DNA from: a virus
Reading direction: 5' to 3' (one strand)
DNA length: 64,000 bases
IMG/VR virus record: IMGVR_UViG_3300027754_000042
The translations under genes and the position numbers were made by a program. Below the pieces are notes generated by a model. It was given only the letters and a program-made list of their open reading frames with translations. It ran no database searches and had not been told where the DNA came from. This document shows, one piece after another, positions 48,372-58,093 of the stretch. Numbering within the stretch: position 1 is the stretch's first letter; every line of letters starts with the position of its first letter.

Positions 48372-49646
48372 ATGTTCACATTTCTAATGGCAAGACCAAC
48401 TAAGGTTGTTAATTTCAATAGCTCTACGAACAACGTGGATCTATATAATTCATCGAGTGCGCCTGCGTACCCGCTGAACTTGCTATGCTTTATCAATAGT
48501 AACATTGGGTCAACTTCTCCTTCAACTCCTGCATTCAAAACAGGAACAGGTTGGAAAGCTGGTACATTCCTTTATGTTAAAAATGCTGCTATTGTCACAG
48601 GTGGTACAGGAACTGCGGGCACACCGGGAAATACAGGTACTTCAGGCAACATAGGAACACCAGGCAACACGGGCGCAACGGGAGCGCCGGGCGCAGCAGG
48701 TAACGCAGGTGCAGCAGGAAATGTTGGATCAAACGGCGTTGGCGGTAACGGCGGGCAGGGCGCACCTTATAGCGGTATTAACTCAGGCGTGTCTGGTGGT
48801 GGTGGGTCTCCTGCACCTGCCGGTAACGCAGCTGGTGTACCTAATAATGGCGCAGCGGGCGGCACAGGTGTTACTGGTAATGCGGGCGGAACAGGTAATG
48901 CTGGTGGTCCTGGTGGTGCCGGCAATAACGGCGGCACAGGCGGTATTGCATTTCAAATTGATTCGGTCGCAGGACTAATAAGTGTTATCGAAAATACAAC
49001 CACATTTACTGGTGGCACCGGCGGAACATTGGGACCAGGGGGACCGGGAGGTCCAGGCGGACCCGGTGGTGTTGGTGGACCTGGTGGAGTTGGTGGACCA
49101 GGAGGTGCGGGGGGACCAGCAGCAACTGGTGGTGCAGGTGGAACTGGCGGCGGTGGCGGTGGTGGTGGTAGTCGTGCCGCACCAGGAGGAAAAGCAGACG
49201 CACCCACCGCAGGCGGTGGTGGTGGTGGCGGTGCAGGGTCTATCGGTGGAACTGGTGGTCCTACCGGCTCTTATCCTGGTTATAATTCAGGAGGTGCCGG
49301 TGGCACGGGAACTGCAAACGCTGGTGGCGCGGGCGGGGCATGGGGCGGCGCGGGTGGAGGATTGGGTTTAAGCGGTGGGGCGGGGGTCGGCGGCGGGACC
49401 TTCGCATCATCAAATAATGGATCGGGTGGCGCTGGAGGTAGTGCGGGTGCAGCAGGAACTAGTCGCCCAGCAGGCAATAACGGCGCTACCGGACCAACCG
49501 GGGCGGCGGGCGCAACGGGACCCACGGGCGCAACGGGACCGGCAGGTGCAGCGGGGTCAGCGGGCGCGCAGGGAAGCGCGGTACTTGGTAATGCGTATGT
49601 GACAAGTTGGATTAACACAGGAACAAGAAACGGACCAGTAGGATGA
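48372..49646 (+). CDS. Glycine-rich receptor-binding adhesin (gp38-like polyglycine-II / G-X-Y repeats)
   Basis: Long GXY and GGX tracts; C-terminal AVLGNAYVTSWINTGTRNG resembles T-even gp38 ends; follows the fibre gene. Confidence 0.65.
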   Translation: MFTFLMARPTKVVNFNSSTNNVDLYNSSSAPAYPLNLLCFINSNIGSTSPSTPAFKTGTGWKAGTFLYVKNAAIVTGGTGTAGTPGNTGTSGNIGTPGNTGATGAPGAAGNAGAAGNVGSNGVGGNGGQGAPYSGINSGVSGGGGSPAPAGNAAGVPNNGAAGGTGVTGNAGGTGNAGGPGGAGNNGGTGGIAFQIDSVAGLISVIENTTTFTGGTGGTLGPGGPGGPGGPGGVGGPGGVGGPGGAGGPAATGGAGGTGGGGGGGGSRAAPGGKADAPTAGGGGGGGAGSIGGTGGPTGSYPGYNSGGAGGTGTANAGGAGGAWGGAGGGLGLSGGAGVGGGTFASSNNGSGGAGGSAGAAGTSRPAGNNGATGPTGAAGATGPTGATGPAGAAGSAGAQGSAVLGNAYVTSWINTGTRNGPVG

Positions 49647-50080
49647 ACATTCATTACAAAATCATTGAAGTATGGCCTAATGACCATTTGTTCGTCGTTA
49701 GGTATTACACTGACAATCTGAACGAAGAAATGTTGATTTCAGCGAACGATTACAATCGTCGTGAAGATGGTTCGCCTATGCGCTGCCGTACAGACGTTGC
49801 GATTGATATGCCTATTCCTGCATTAGAAGGTAAAGAGCTAGAGAGTTTAATTCTATATAATTCTCCTATCTCATTTCTTCGTAAGATGGAAGATGTATTG
49901 AATCCTGATATTGATACATCAATGAGCGGTATTATTGATATGATTAATAAGCCAGTAACTAAAAGTACTACAGAACTTCTTGCTAAGAAGGCTGACGTAC
50001 TATCGGATGATGATATCAAGAACCTTATCGAGTCTCTATCGAAGGACAACTTTACCAACAAATCATCTAACTCAAAGTAA
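49643..50080 (+). CDS. Hypothetical protein, possible fibre assembly factor
   Basis: ATGA-coupled to the adhesin gene. Confidence 0.55.
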   Translation: MNIHYKIIEVWPNDHLFVVRYYTDNLNEEMLISANDYNRREDGSPMRCRTDVAIDMPIPALEGKELESLILYNSPISFLRKMEDVLNPDIDTSMSGIIDMINKPVTKSTTELLAKKADVLSDDDIKNLIESLSKDNFTNKSSNSK

Positions 50081-50095
50081 AGGTGTGTACGTCTG

Positions 50096-51154
50096 ATGAT
50101 GTTTTATTATGACGATAAAAAGAACGTCTATCGTACACAGACTGACGCAATCAAGTCAGCCAAATTTTGTCATTTCTATTACCACGACGATGTTTTCAGT
50201 AAGGTCGATTGGAAAACAGAACCTACTGAAACGCTTGAACAGATATATCGCGAACGCGCACAACAAATTCGTGACCAATATGAGTATGTGATCCTTTGCT
50301 ATTCTGGTGGGTACGATTCGACAAACATTTTGGAATCGTTCTACTACAACAATATCCACATAGATGAGATATTGCTTGTTGGAGCATTCTCACAAGATTC
50401 TAGGTATGGCACCGATGAAAATCATAACGGTGATATATACCACAATGCTTTTCCAACTCTCAGAAGCATGAATTTGCCTAATACCAAAATCACTATAGCA
50501 GATTACACTGACCATTTTAATGATCCAAATAATTTCACACTTATCAAAAAGTATGGTAACGAGTGGACAAATCATATCGGTGGATTTAAAAGCGTTCACA
50601 ATCTATTTTGGTACGACCTCAAAAAATTTGTTGGTAAAAACAATAACAAGAACACATGCTATATCATGGGTTCTGATAAACCAGGTTATGAATTTGAAGA
50701 AAAAGCTATACGCTTTAACGATCTGTCGGTAAATGATTATGGTGCAAATTACCAAGACGAAAATTTCACACGAATCAATTTCTACAATGGTACCGATGAT
50801 GTGGTTATCAAGCTTATGGTAAAACAAGGGCATGTTGTTATGAAATTGGACGACATTTTTTACAAGATGTACGAAGAGCAAGAAAAGAATGCCCATCCAT
50901 TACTCAATCGAGAGCTTGCTTATTGGAATAAAACAAAACGCATAAATGAGATTATATACAATCTCAGAGCACCGATGAAATTTGAATCAACCAAGTCGAT
51001 GTATAATACACTCAGTGCCAGAGATATGTTCATGCTAAAGAGCCAAAATAGCGAGATGTATCGGATGTTCTTAGAAGGCATGAAAAACCTATCATCGTTT
51101 AGTCATATTTACAAAAAGTATTGCTTCTGGTCACAACCATACTATCTAACATGA
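50096..51154 (+). CDS. PP-loop (adenine nucleotide alpha-hydrolase) protein
   Basis: RAQQIRDQYEYVILCYSGGYDS; paralog of 53289..54491. Confidence 0.75.
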   Translation: MMFYYDDKKNVYRTQTDAIKSAKFCHFYYHDDVFSKVDWKTEPTETLEQIYRERAQQIRDQYEYVILCYSGGYDSTNILESFYYNNIHIDEILLVGAFSQDSRYGTDENHNGDIYHNAFPTLRSMNLPNTKITIADYTDHFNDPNNFTLIKKYGNEWTNHIGGFKSVHNLFWYDLKKFVGKNNNKNTCYIMGSDKPGYEFEEKAIRFNDLSVNDYGANYQDENFTRINFYNGTDDVVIKLMVKQGHVVMKLDDIFYKMYEEQEKNAHPLLNRELAYWNKTKRINEIIYNLRAPMKFESTKSMYNTLSARDMFMLKSQNSEMYRMFLEGMKNLSSFSHIYKKYCFWSQPYYLT

Positions 51155-51618
51155 GCTACGTTCTTGTCTTTCTTCTGTGGACTTTCGTTGTCTATTGGGC
51201 GCATCGTGCGGCCCATGTGATTCCTGTTGTGCGTAAATTCCATATGGATCATCACGCGCAGGTAACCGACCAGACAATTCAAGGGTTAAACTGGAAGAAT
51301 GCGTTTCTCTTTTTTGATACCTGGGATAGCACCATAGATCAGTGGTTGACAGAAGTGATCCCAACGATTATAATATCTTTAATCACTGGGCATTGGTGGT
51401 TGCTCATTGCGTACTACATCTGGGCTGGTTTTATTCAGGAGGCCGTCGAACATAATAAACGCATCAATCTCTATCCATTCTTGACCAGTGGCAAATGGCA
51501 TCTAATTCATCACGAATACGCGACAAAGAATTATGGCGTATTCGTGCCTATTTGGGACTTAGTTTTTGGTACATGGAAAGGACTAGATGGCAACGGAAAA
51601 CAATTGGCTCCGAAGTAA
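51151..51618 (+). CDS. Sterol desaturase / fatty acid hydroxylase family membrane enzyme
   Basis: His boxes HRAAH, HMDHH, EH, HLIHH; NYG...IWD..FGT. Confidence 0.88.
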   Translation: MSYVLVFLLWTFVVYWAHRAAHVIPVVRKFHMDHHAQVTDQTIQGLNWKNAFLFFDTWDSTIDQWLTEVIPTIIISLITGHWWLLIAYYIWAGFIQEAVEHNKRINLYPFLTSGKWHLIHHEYATKNYGVFVPIWDLVFGTWKGLDGNGKQLAPK

Positions 51619-52387
51619 TCTATCAGAAAGATTGCTCAATAACTCAACCGATTTTGTGGTACACCTAGAGACTAAACCATATAAGGTAATGAGTTTTGAC
51701 GATGCAGCCAATTATACGGCTGACATAATAGCCACTAAATCATCGAAGGTGTTTATCGGATTCAGCGGTGGTATGGATTCCGAGTTCGTGTTCAGACGTA
51801 TGATTGACCGTGGACATAATGTAATACCTGTCATAGTTAGTACGCCAATAAACAAATACGAATCTGCTTATGCTTTTCGTGTATGCAAACAATATGGTAT
51901 TGAACCTATTGTAATTGACAAAACGCCTACCGAATTGCTTACGATATTCGTTGATGATATTTTTAAAAAACTAAGTGGGTATGGACACAACTCTGCACCA
52001 GCGCTTATTGTGGGGCGATACGCAGAAGACCACGGCGGCATTATGATTATGAGCGAACATATCATTGACGACAATGATGGTAAAATGTATGTTGGTGCTA
52101 ATGAATGGGACTTCTATAATGACGTTTTAATTCATAACGATAACACGCACTATTTCTTCACATATACGCCAGAGCTATGTTGCGCTATGGTAAAAGAAAT
52201 TGCAGATGAGACAGTTCAAGATTTCAAATCGCGCATCTATAATATACCATGGAGACCAAAATTTTCATATGATTATGGGTCGGCGTATGATCTAGCATTT
52301 GTCCGTATTAGACAGCATAGACTACACACGCCAGACCCTAATCACAATTTTGGCACCAAAGAGCAGTTTTTATCATTGTTTGATTGA
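51587..52387 (+). CDS. PP-loop (adenine nucleotide alpha-hydrolase) protein
   Basis: VFIGFSGGMDSE; FFTYTPEL. Confidence 0.7.
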   Translation: MATENNWLRSNLSERLLNNSTDFVVHLETKPYKVMSFDDAANYTADIIATKSSKVFIGFSGGMDSEFVFRRMIDRGHNVIPVIVSTPINKYESAYAFRVCKQYGIEPIVIDKTPTELLTIFVDDIFKKLSGYGHNSAPALIVGRYAEDHGGIMIMSEHIIDDNDGKMYVGANEWDFYNDVLIHNDNTHYFFTYTPELCCAMVKEIADETVQDFKSRIYNIPWRPKFSYDYGSAYDLAFVRIRQHRLHTPDPNHNFGTKEQFLSLFD

Positions 52388-53299
52388 ATCTTCGTATTTC
52401 TTGACCAATTGTTTTTGTCTTGCAATTTCGGTTCGAAGAAACTGTTCGTTGTTATTACACTCAAATACCAATTTTAATTTGGCAATAACATCGCGAACGG
52501 CATCTGACGCGCAAGCTTCATGTACTGATTTTTTAATCTCGTCAATAAATTTAACATTGGCTTTGGGTGCGTATAGAAGCAATGAAGACGCATAGTTAAA
52601 ATCTTTGATGCCTAATTCAAGCCCAGTTGGCACGTTTGGGTATTGAGAATTCCTATTGGGCAATGAGATAGCCAACAATTTTAGACCAGGCGTGTCGATA
52701 GGATTTTGAACCGAGTAGTCTGCTTCACCCATAAGAATGCTCTTGGTTATTTCTCCAGGTGTTTTGTACTGAATCATTTTGACGTTGTTAATATCGTACT
52801 GTTTACGAAAGATTGCGTCGAGAAGCTTTGGTGAAACAGCTTGAACCGTGGCACCATTAAACACTTCCTTCTTTCCCTTCATATACTTAACGAATTGGTC
52901 TAATGAATCTACCTTCAAATCAGGAGAAACCATTATAGCGTTTGGTACCAAAGCAATAAGTTCAATCGGAACAAAATCAGCCTCACGATCAATTGTAGAA
53001 TTGTATATGATTGGATTGAGTGTGAAATTGGAAATTGTACCGGCTACAATAGTGTTTGCGCCTAATTTAGCTTCGGCTAATGCTTTACCATCAGCCGCTT
53101 CGCCACCAGAACCTGGAATAGTACCTAATCTAAAATCATATTTTTCATCAAGCTTTTTGTTCAACTCGGTAATGAGTGTCGCTGTAACAAAAGCTGTTGG
53201 GTCGTTAGCAGGAAATCTTGTGTATACGTTTATGCGCTCTTCGCCACATGCGCCAAATGCTGCGAGAGAAAAGCAAATCAATAGTAGTTTACGAAGCAT
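52373..53299 (-). CDS. TctC/Bug-like periplasmic substrate-binding protein (divergent)
   Basis: Signal peptide; IPGSGGE, DFVPI, LKLLAIS...R...PNVPT..ELG. Confidence 0.75.
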   Translation of the reverse strand: MLRKLLLICFSLAAFGACGEERINVYTRFPANDPTAFVTATLITELNKKLDEKYDFRLGTIPGSGGEAADGKALAEAKLGANTIVAGTISNFTLNPIIYNSTIDREADFVPIELIALVPNAIMVSPDLKVDSLDQFVKYMKGKKEVFNGATVQAVSPKLLDAIFRKQYDINNVKMIQYKTPGEITKSILMGEADYSVQNPIDTPGLKLLAISLPNRNSQYPNVPTGLELGIKDFNYASSLLLYAPKANVKFIDEIKKSVHEACASDAVRDVIAKLKLVFECNNNEQFLRTEIARQKQLVKKYEDSIKQ

Positions 53300-54491
53300 G
53301 ATTTAACTCCAATTTTCCGATAAGGTAAGGTTGTGATCTTAACATTGAGTAGAATTGATATTTTTTATTTATCTTTTCAAATCGTTTTTCTTTTGATTCT
53401 CTATATTCTTTCAAAAATCCTTCAGTCGTATGAGTTCCAACTACAGTCTCATACAATTTAAATTCTGGGTTTTTTGTTGTTGGTTTAGGTCCAGCATACG
53501 TCTGCGGATTCCAATCTGGATATATCATCGAACTAAAACTTCTTTCCAGCATAATAGCTGAGGAATGAATAGGTTTTACCGAGTTATGATTTTTAAGCTC
53601 TTCTCTACTTTGAGTAAAAAATTCGTAGTATTTTCTATCAGATTCTAGTCGCCTTTTAATGATATGAGATTGCTTGATTGGAATCAAAGGCATATCTCTT
53701 GACCAAAAAAAATCTTCTGTAGTATAAGTTGCTGAAAATTCGCGTAGATTGAGCGATGCTGTTGTGACCATTGTTTGGTCAGTAAAATGAAAAAATAACG
53801 AGTTGTTTTTGATATGCAAAGCAGGTTTTTCCATACCGCGCACGATGCACATAGAGTTTTTGTCTTTTGATCTTTCATAGTTGGTTGTATAAAATAATTG
53901 CCACCATTGATTGTTTGGTCCCATAGATGATGAGATTCGTGGGTATTGATGTTTGATTCTACCATTATTTCCAATGATTGTATATTTGCCTGTTGAAAGC
54001 TGATCGTGCAGAAGATCGGATGCATCAACGATAGTGATTTTTGTTTTTGGACTTAATTCCAACACTTTCTTGAGCATTGGTAAAGCAGCAAGTTCGTACT
54101 CAAGCAAAATTTGAAATTCGTTGTCTCTCAACATATCTGCTCGGTCAAGATTTTTTGTCATTTTATGAAGATTTGCAACTTGGATTTCGTCAATGAATAT
54201 ATTGTTTTTTAGAAATGACCATAGAACTTGTGTTGAATCGCTACCACCAGAGAAAGCAAGAACCACATACTTGTACTTGTCTCGTATCTGTTGGGCTCTG
54301 ATTTTGTATAGTAGACCAATATCGAAATCTGGTTCTGCCATCCAATCGCATTTTTCAAACACATCATTATTGTAATAGTATTTAAGTTTTACATCATAAT
54401 CTTGACGAATTAGCGCATAATCAAATGCGTCTTCGCGAGTAAAAAATCGTTTGTCGTCGTATACATAAAACCCACAATGCAGATGATTCAT
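53289..54491 (-). CDS. PP-loop (adenine nucleotide alpha-hydrolase) protein
   Basis: RAQQIRDKYKYVVLAFSGGSDS, IFIDEI, GMEKP, KQSHII. Confidence 0.75.
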   Translation of the reverse strand: MNHLHCGFYVYDDKRFFTREDAFDYALIRQDYDVKLKYYYNNDVFEKCDWMAEPDFDIGLLYKIRAQQIRDKYKYVVLAFSGGSDSTQVLWSFLKNNIFIDEIQVANLHKMTKNLDRADMLRDNEFQILLEYELAALPMLKKVLELSPKTKITIVDASDLLHDQLSTGKYTIIGNNGRIKHQYPRISSSMGPNNQWWQLFYTTNYERSKDKNSMCIVRGMEKPALHIKNNSLFFHFTDQTMVTTASLNLREFSATYTTEDFFWSRDMPLIPIKQSHIIKRRLESDRKYYEFFTQSREELKNHNSVKPIHSSAIMLERSFSSMIYPDWNPQTYAGPKPTTKNPEFKLYETVVGTHTTEGFLKEYRESKEKRFEKINKKYQFYSMLRSQPYLIGKLELNHAS

Positions 54492-54569
54492 GTTATATGA
54501 TTTCCTTATCTTGCAATTTCATAGTCTTATATATGATAAATAGAATAAAGTCGAATAGGGAGAATTTTC

Positions 54570-55016
54570 ATGACCGACGCACCGGTAAAACTTGTATGGA
54601 TAATCACTGGCTTGGTTGATTATCATTGGAACGACATATATTTTCCGATAGATTCGCCAAATGCGCATGGTGTTGAATATGATGCTAGGGATGAGCTGCA
54701 ACGCATCGACCGTCGGGAAGGCTATTCAAAGGTCAATTTCGATCATGCGTTAATTCGTCAAGATAGAGAAACTATTGCACCAGAATTATTTGAAGGTTTT
54801 GAAGGTTGGACTAGAAGATATGCAGACGACAATACCAATTTAACCGTTGAAATTTATTTTCAAAATGCAAACTTAGCGATGGCTTACAACCAAAAAGTAA
54901 TTGAAGTCCGCGATAAACTGGAAGCAATTGAATTGAAGCCTAAGATTAATAAATACCAATTTTATTGGGCAATCCTTAACAGAAAAACAGGACAATTGTA
55001 TCTACAAAACGAGTGA
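54570..55016 (+). CDS. Hypothetical protein
   Basis: GGGAG RBS and GATAAATA late-like box at 54535. Confidence 0.6.
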   Translation: MTDAPVKLVWIITGLVDYHWNDIYFPIDSPNAHGVEYDARDELQRIDRREGYSKVNFDHALIRQDRETIAPELFEGFEGWTRRYADDNTNLTVEIYFQNANLAMAYNQKVIEVRDKLEAIELKPKINKYQFYWAILNRKTGQLYLQNE

Positions 55017-55023
55017 AACGATA

Positions 55024-55644
55024 TCATTGGAACTTTGGACCAAGCACCCATACGACAATAGATAAGCGTCTACCAGATGTTACCGGCGCAACTCGATGGA
55101 TCATAAAGGAAGGGAATAGAACGGCCCTTCCTTTTACCTTTGGTACTGTGATAGGATCACTCTCGTTATTATTGTTAATTTGAAACTCACCACCCTCAAA
55201 GTCGTCATTCAGCATCAAAGTGAGTGATAGCTTACGAGGTTGAATATCTAAATTATCTGTACATTCACCCATTGCGATATCCATATGCCAATCATATCGC
55301 CCTTCTCTATCTGAATCGTATGTCGTATATTGAAATGTTGCGTAACCATTTAAATCAAACCCATAATACATCTCATTGATTGACTGAATTATGAAATTCA
55401 ACCTATCAAATATCCACGCAGTTTCTGGTGTTCTATTATGAAATGCAGTCTTGGATATCCTATGCTTTTCGACCTCAATCGGGTCAGTCGTTGACATAAT
55501 CCGACTTTGCTCAACACCTTGCGCATCACAATATTCGATGATAGTTTGGAGTTCTTCGTCGGTAAATGCGCCGTCCCAATAAGCCCAAGGTTCTGTCACT
55601 TTGGTTCGTTTATGCGGATCATTATAAATCGTTGTGTGCTTCAT
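55024..55644 (-). CDS. 2OG-Fe(II) oxygenase (prolyl-4-hydroxylase/PKHD-like)
   Basis: YDWHMD (HxD), RKLSLT, FEGGEF, FPSFMIHRVAPVTSGRRLSIVVW. Confidence 0.92.
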   Translation of the reverse strand: MKHTTIYNDPHKRTKVTEPWAYWDGAFTDEELQTIIEYCDAQGVEQSRIMSTTDPIEVEKHRISKTAFHNRTPETAWIFDRLNFIIQSINEMYYGFDLNGYATFQYTTYDSDREGRYDWHMDIAMGECTDNLDIQPRKLSLTLMLNDDFEGGEFQINNNNESDPITVPKVKGRAVLFPSFMIHRVAPVTSGRRLSIVVWVLGPKFQ

Positions 55645-56324
55645 TAAAAGGTTCTCCAGTTACTTACGGGTTGCACACCCAATGGTTTTGCTGCTTTCTC
55701 TTTATATGTCATCAGAATATCGGCAGCAAGACATATTCGCATCTGATCTAAATCATTTGGCGTAAAACACCCAGTTTCCATCTGCTCTGATTGCCCTACT
55801 GTGTCGTGTGGTAAGTTTGAAGGGAAAACAAATAGCTGCCCTTCTTTAGGTTCTAATTGCCATGTGTATGCGTTGAATGCGTCCCAGTGTGTTGGGTTAT
55901 TAAATTTGATGCACCCAGGAAATGGTTCATATCTATGCTCATAATTATAGAAGCGTATTGGCTTTGAGAAATCTTTTGGTATGTTGATGTAATATGTGAA
56001 CGACATATGCGCGTCTCCATGACTATGCATAGGCGTTTGTCTGTTCTTGGTAATGTTCATCCAAGTTTTGACTAGATTAAATTCAAATACGTTTGGATCA
56101 ATGTATAATCTTGAGACGTATTGTCTAACCGAGTCTATAGCAAATTTGAATAGTGGTTCAAATGCAGGTTCGTGGTGAAGATTGACATGCCCAGTGTATT
56201 CATTCGAGAATCCATCTGATGACATATAATCGAAAATCTTGTCGTAGAAAACTTGCTTGAAATTGTCTTTGTCTGGATATTCAAATTCAGCTAGAAGTGT
56301 TGGAAATAAAACATGTTCTTTCAT
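55644..56324 (-). CDS. Putative 2OG-Fe(II) oxygenase (TIGR02466-like)
   Basis: LFPT, WMN, HSH, S..YY, P.EG.L.VFPS.L.H...RI. Confidence 0.85.
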   Translation of the reverse strand: MKEHVLFPTLLAEFEYPDKDNFKQVFYDKIFDYMSSDGFSNEYTGHVNLHHEPAFEPLFKFAIDSVRQYVSRLYIDPNVFEFNLVKTWMNITKNRQTPMHSHGDAHMSFTYYINIPKDFSKPIRFYNYEHRYEPFPGCIKFNNPTHWDAFNAYTWQLEPKEGQLFVFPSNLPHDTVGQSEQMETGCFTPNDLDQMRICLAADILMTYKEKAAKPLGVQPVSNWRTF

Positions 56325-56325
56325 A

Positions 56326-57288
56326 TCACTTCACCTTATAAATCTGTTTGAGACTATTGAGCGTTTCTATACCTACTGGAGTTTTTATCATGGTTTCCAT
56401 ATCTGCGCCGCTGATTGCATTGATATCTATGTTTGCACGGCGAGCGTCTTCCACATATTCAGCATCCACCATTGTTTTTGAGAACGCATTGCGTAGTTCA
56501 TCTATGCGTGATTTTGGTACACCAGGTGGTGCTACGAATGGGCGCAACATTATGAATTGGGATTCAAAAGCATGAAGGAGCTTTCTGTCTTTATCATCTG
56601 TTACATATTCAGCCAGTGCTGGAACTTCCTTATATTCTGGTAGACGGGCCGCACCGTTACCAAACTGGAGCGTTGGATAGATGCCACTGCCTGACTGTAA
56701 CCAGTTGGGCTTTTGCGTTTTGATACCAATTAAGCTATAGATAACCGCATCCACTTCCTTGCGCTCAAGCGCGAGACGGTTAGCACCGGTCGTTGGATAA
56801 CCACCGACAATCTTGAAATTGGTGCCAAGCATTCTGTTGACAAACAAAGCCATGTTGCCTGATGTGGCACCCTCAGCACCTACAACGAAGTCTGACCGAA
56901 ACTTCGGTTCATTGGCCCATAGAATGACAGCATCCTTGCGGCCGTCTGCTACTGATCCAATCCAGTTGAAATGATTTGGATCAAACTGGACACCTTCACC
57001 ACCTAATAGCCCTACAAACGGAATCTCTTTATAGACGATGCCGATAACGCTACCATCTCTCGGCGCAATATTGTATATGTAATTGGCTGCAACTAAGCTC
57101 GCAGCGCCTGGCATTGATTGAATTGTTATGGTAGGATTGTCTGGCAGATATTTGCCGAGGTGCCTGGATAGAATCCGAGCGTTGATATTATAGCTATCGT
57201 CATTGGAAGGAGTAATTATTTTGAGTTCACTCGCCGCAGCCGCAAGCGAGATGAAGCCAACAAAGAACATTACGATCAAACGAATCAT
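56326..57288 (-). CDS. TctC/Bug-family periplasmic substrate-binding protein
   Basis: Signal peptide; ARILSRHLG, MPGAASLVAANY, APRDGS, GYP...LALERKEVD, APPGVP.R...LR.AF. Confidence 0.88.
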   Translation of the reverse strand: MIRLIVMFFVGFISLAAAASELKIITPSNDDSYNINARILSRHLGKYLPDNPTITIQSMPGAASLVAANYIYNIAPRDGSVIGIVYKEIPFVGLLGGEGVQFDPNHFNWIGSVADGRKDAVILWANEPKFRSDFVVGAEGATSGNMALFVNRMLGTNFKIVGGYPTTGANRLALERKEVDAVIYSLIGIKTQKPNWLQSGSGIYPTLQFGNGAARLPEYKEVPALAEYVTDDKDRKLLHAFESQFIMLRPFVAPPGVPKSRIDELRNAFSKTMVDAEYVEDARRANIDINAISGADMETMIKTPVGIETLNSLKQIYKVK

Positions 57289-57347
57289 AGCACTATATAG
57301 ACTAAATAGTCAAGAACATAAATAGCAGAACTAACTCGGAGTGATAA

Positions 57348-58091
57348 ATGGCTATTCCAGCATCAAGACAGGAATTCAAAGACTATATCCTGCGCCGCCT
57401 CGGAGCGCCAGTTATTGATATCAATGTGGATGACGAGCAGGTAGAGGATCGCATTGATGATGCCATCGCAAAGTATCGCGATTATCATTATGACGGTACC
57501 GAGCATGTCCTGTATAAGCACATAGTTACGTCTACCGACATTACCAATCGCTATCTTACACTCCCAGAAAGCATCGTTGGCGTAACCCGCATCTTTGATC
57601 TGGGTGATAGTTATAGCACTTCTAGCATGTTCAACGTCCGTTATCAGCTTCATCTAAACGAACTATTCAACATTACCAGTGTATCGGTTGCACCATATGT
57701 TATGGCTATGCGTCATATCGAGACACTAGAAGAAATCTTTGTTGGCAAGAAACCTATTCGTTTCAACCGTCACACCAATACGCTTCATATCGACATGGCA
57801 TGGGCTACAGACGTGCAGCTAGGATATACGATTATCGTGGATGGATATGCAAGTTTGGACCCAAACACATATACCGACGTGTGGAATGATTCGTGGCTAA
57901 AGCAGTACGCGACCGCGCTTGTGAAGCGTCAGTGGGGTGAGAATCTAAAGCTGTATGAAGGCATGCAGCTTCCTGGTGGCATCACATTCAATGGGCAGAA
58001 GATTTGGGAAGAAGCAAACGACATGATAACAACGATGGAAACATCACTCATTAACGATTATAGCTTGCCCGTTACGGATATGATCGGCTAA
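57348..58091 (+). CDS. gp13: Neck protein gp13
   Basis: YILRRLGAPVIDINVDDEQ.EDRID.A...YHYDG, WLKQYATALVKRQWG.NL, LPGG.T.NG; TAAATA boxes at 57303 and 57319. Confidence 0.95.
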   Translation: MAIPASRQEFKDYILRRLGAPVIDINVDDEQVEDRIDDAIAKYRDYHYDGTEHVLYKHIVTSTDITNRYLTLPESIVGVTRIFDLGDSYSTSSMFNVRYQLHLNELFNITSVSVAPYVMAMRHIETLEEIFVGKKPIRFNRHTNTLHIDMAWATDVQLGYTIIVDGYASLDPNTYTDVWNDSWLKQYATALVKRQWGENLKLYEGMQLPGGITFNGQKIWEEANDMITTMETSLINDYSLPVTDMIG

Positions 58092-58093
58092 GG

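Noticed and set aside
47211-49687. Long antisense and alternate-frame ORFs over the fibre and Gly-rich genes (and similar shadows elsewhere)
   Set aside because: Explained by low-complexity codon bias of the real genes; no RBS or domain evidence
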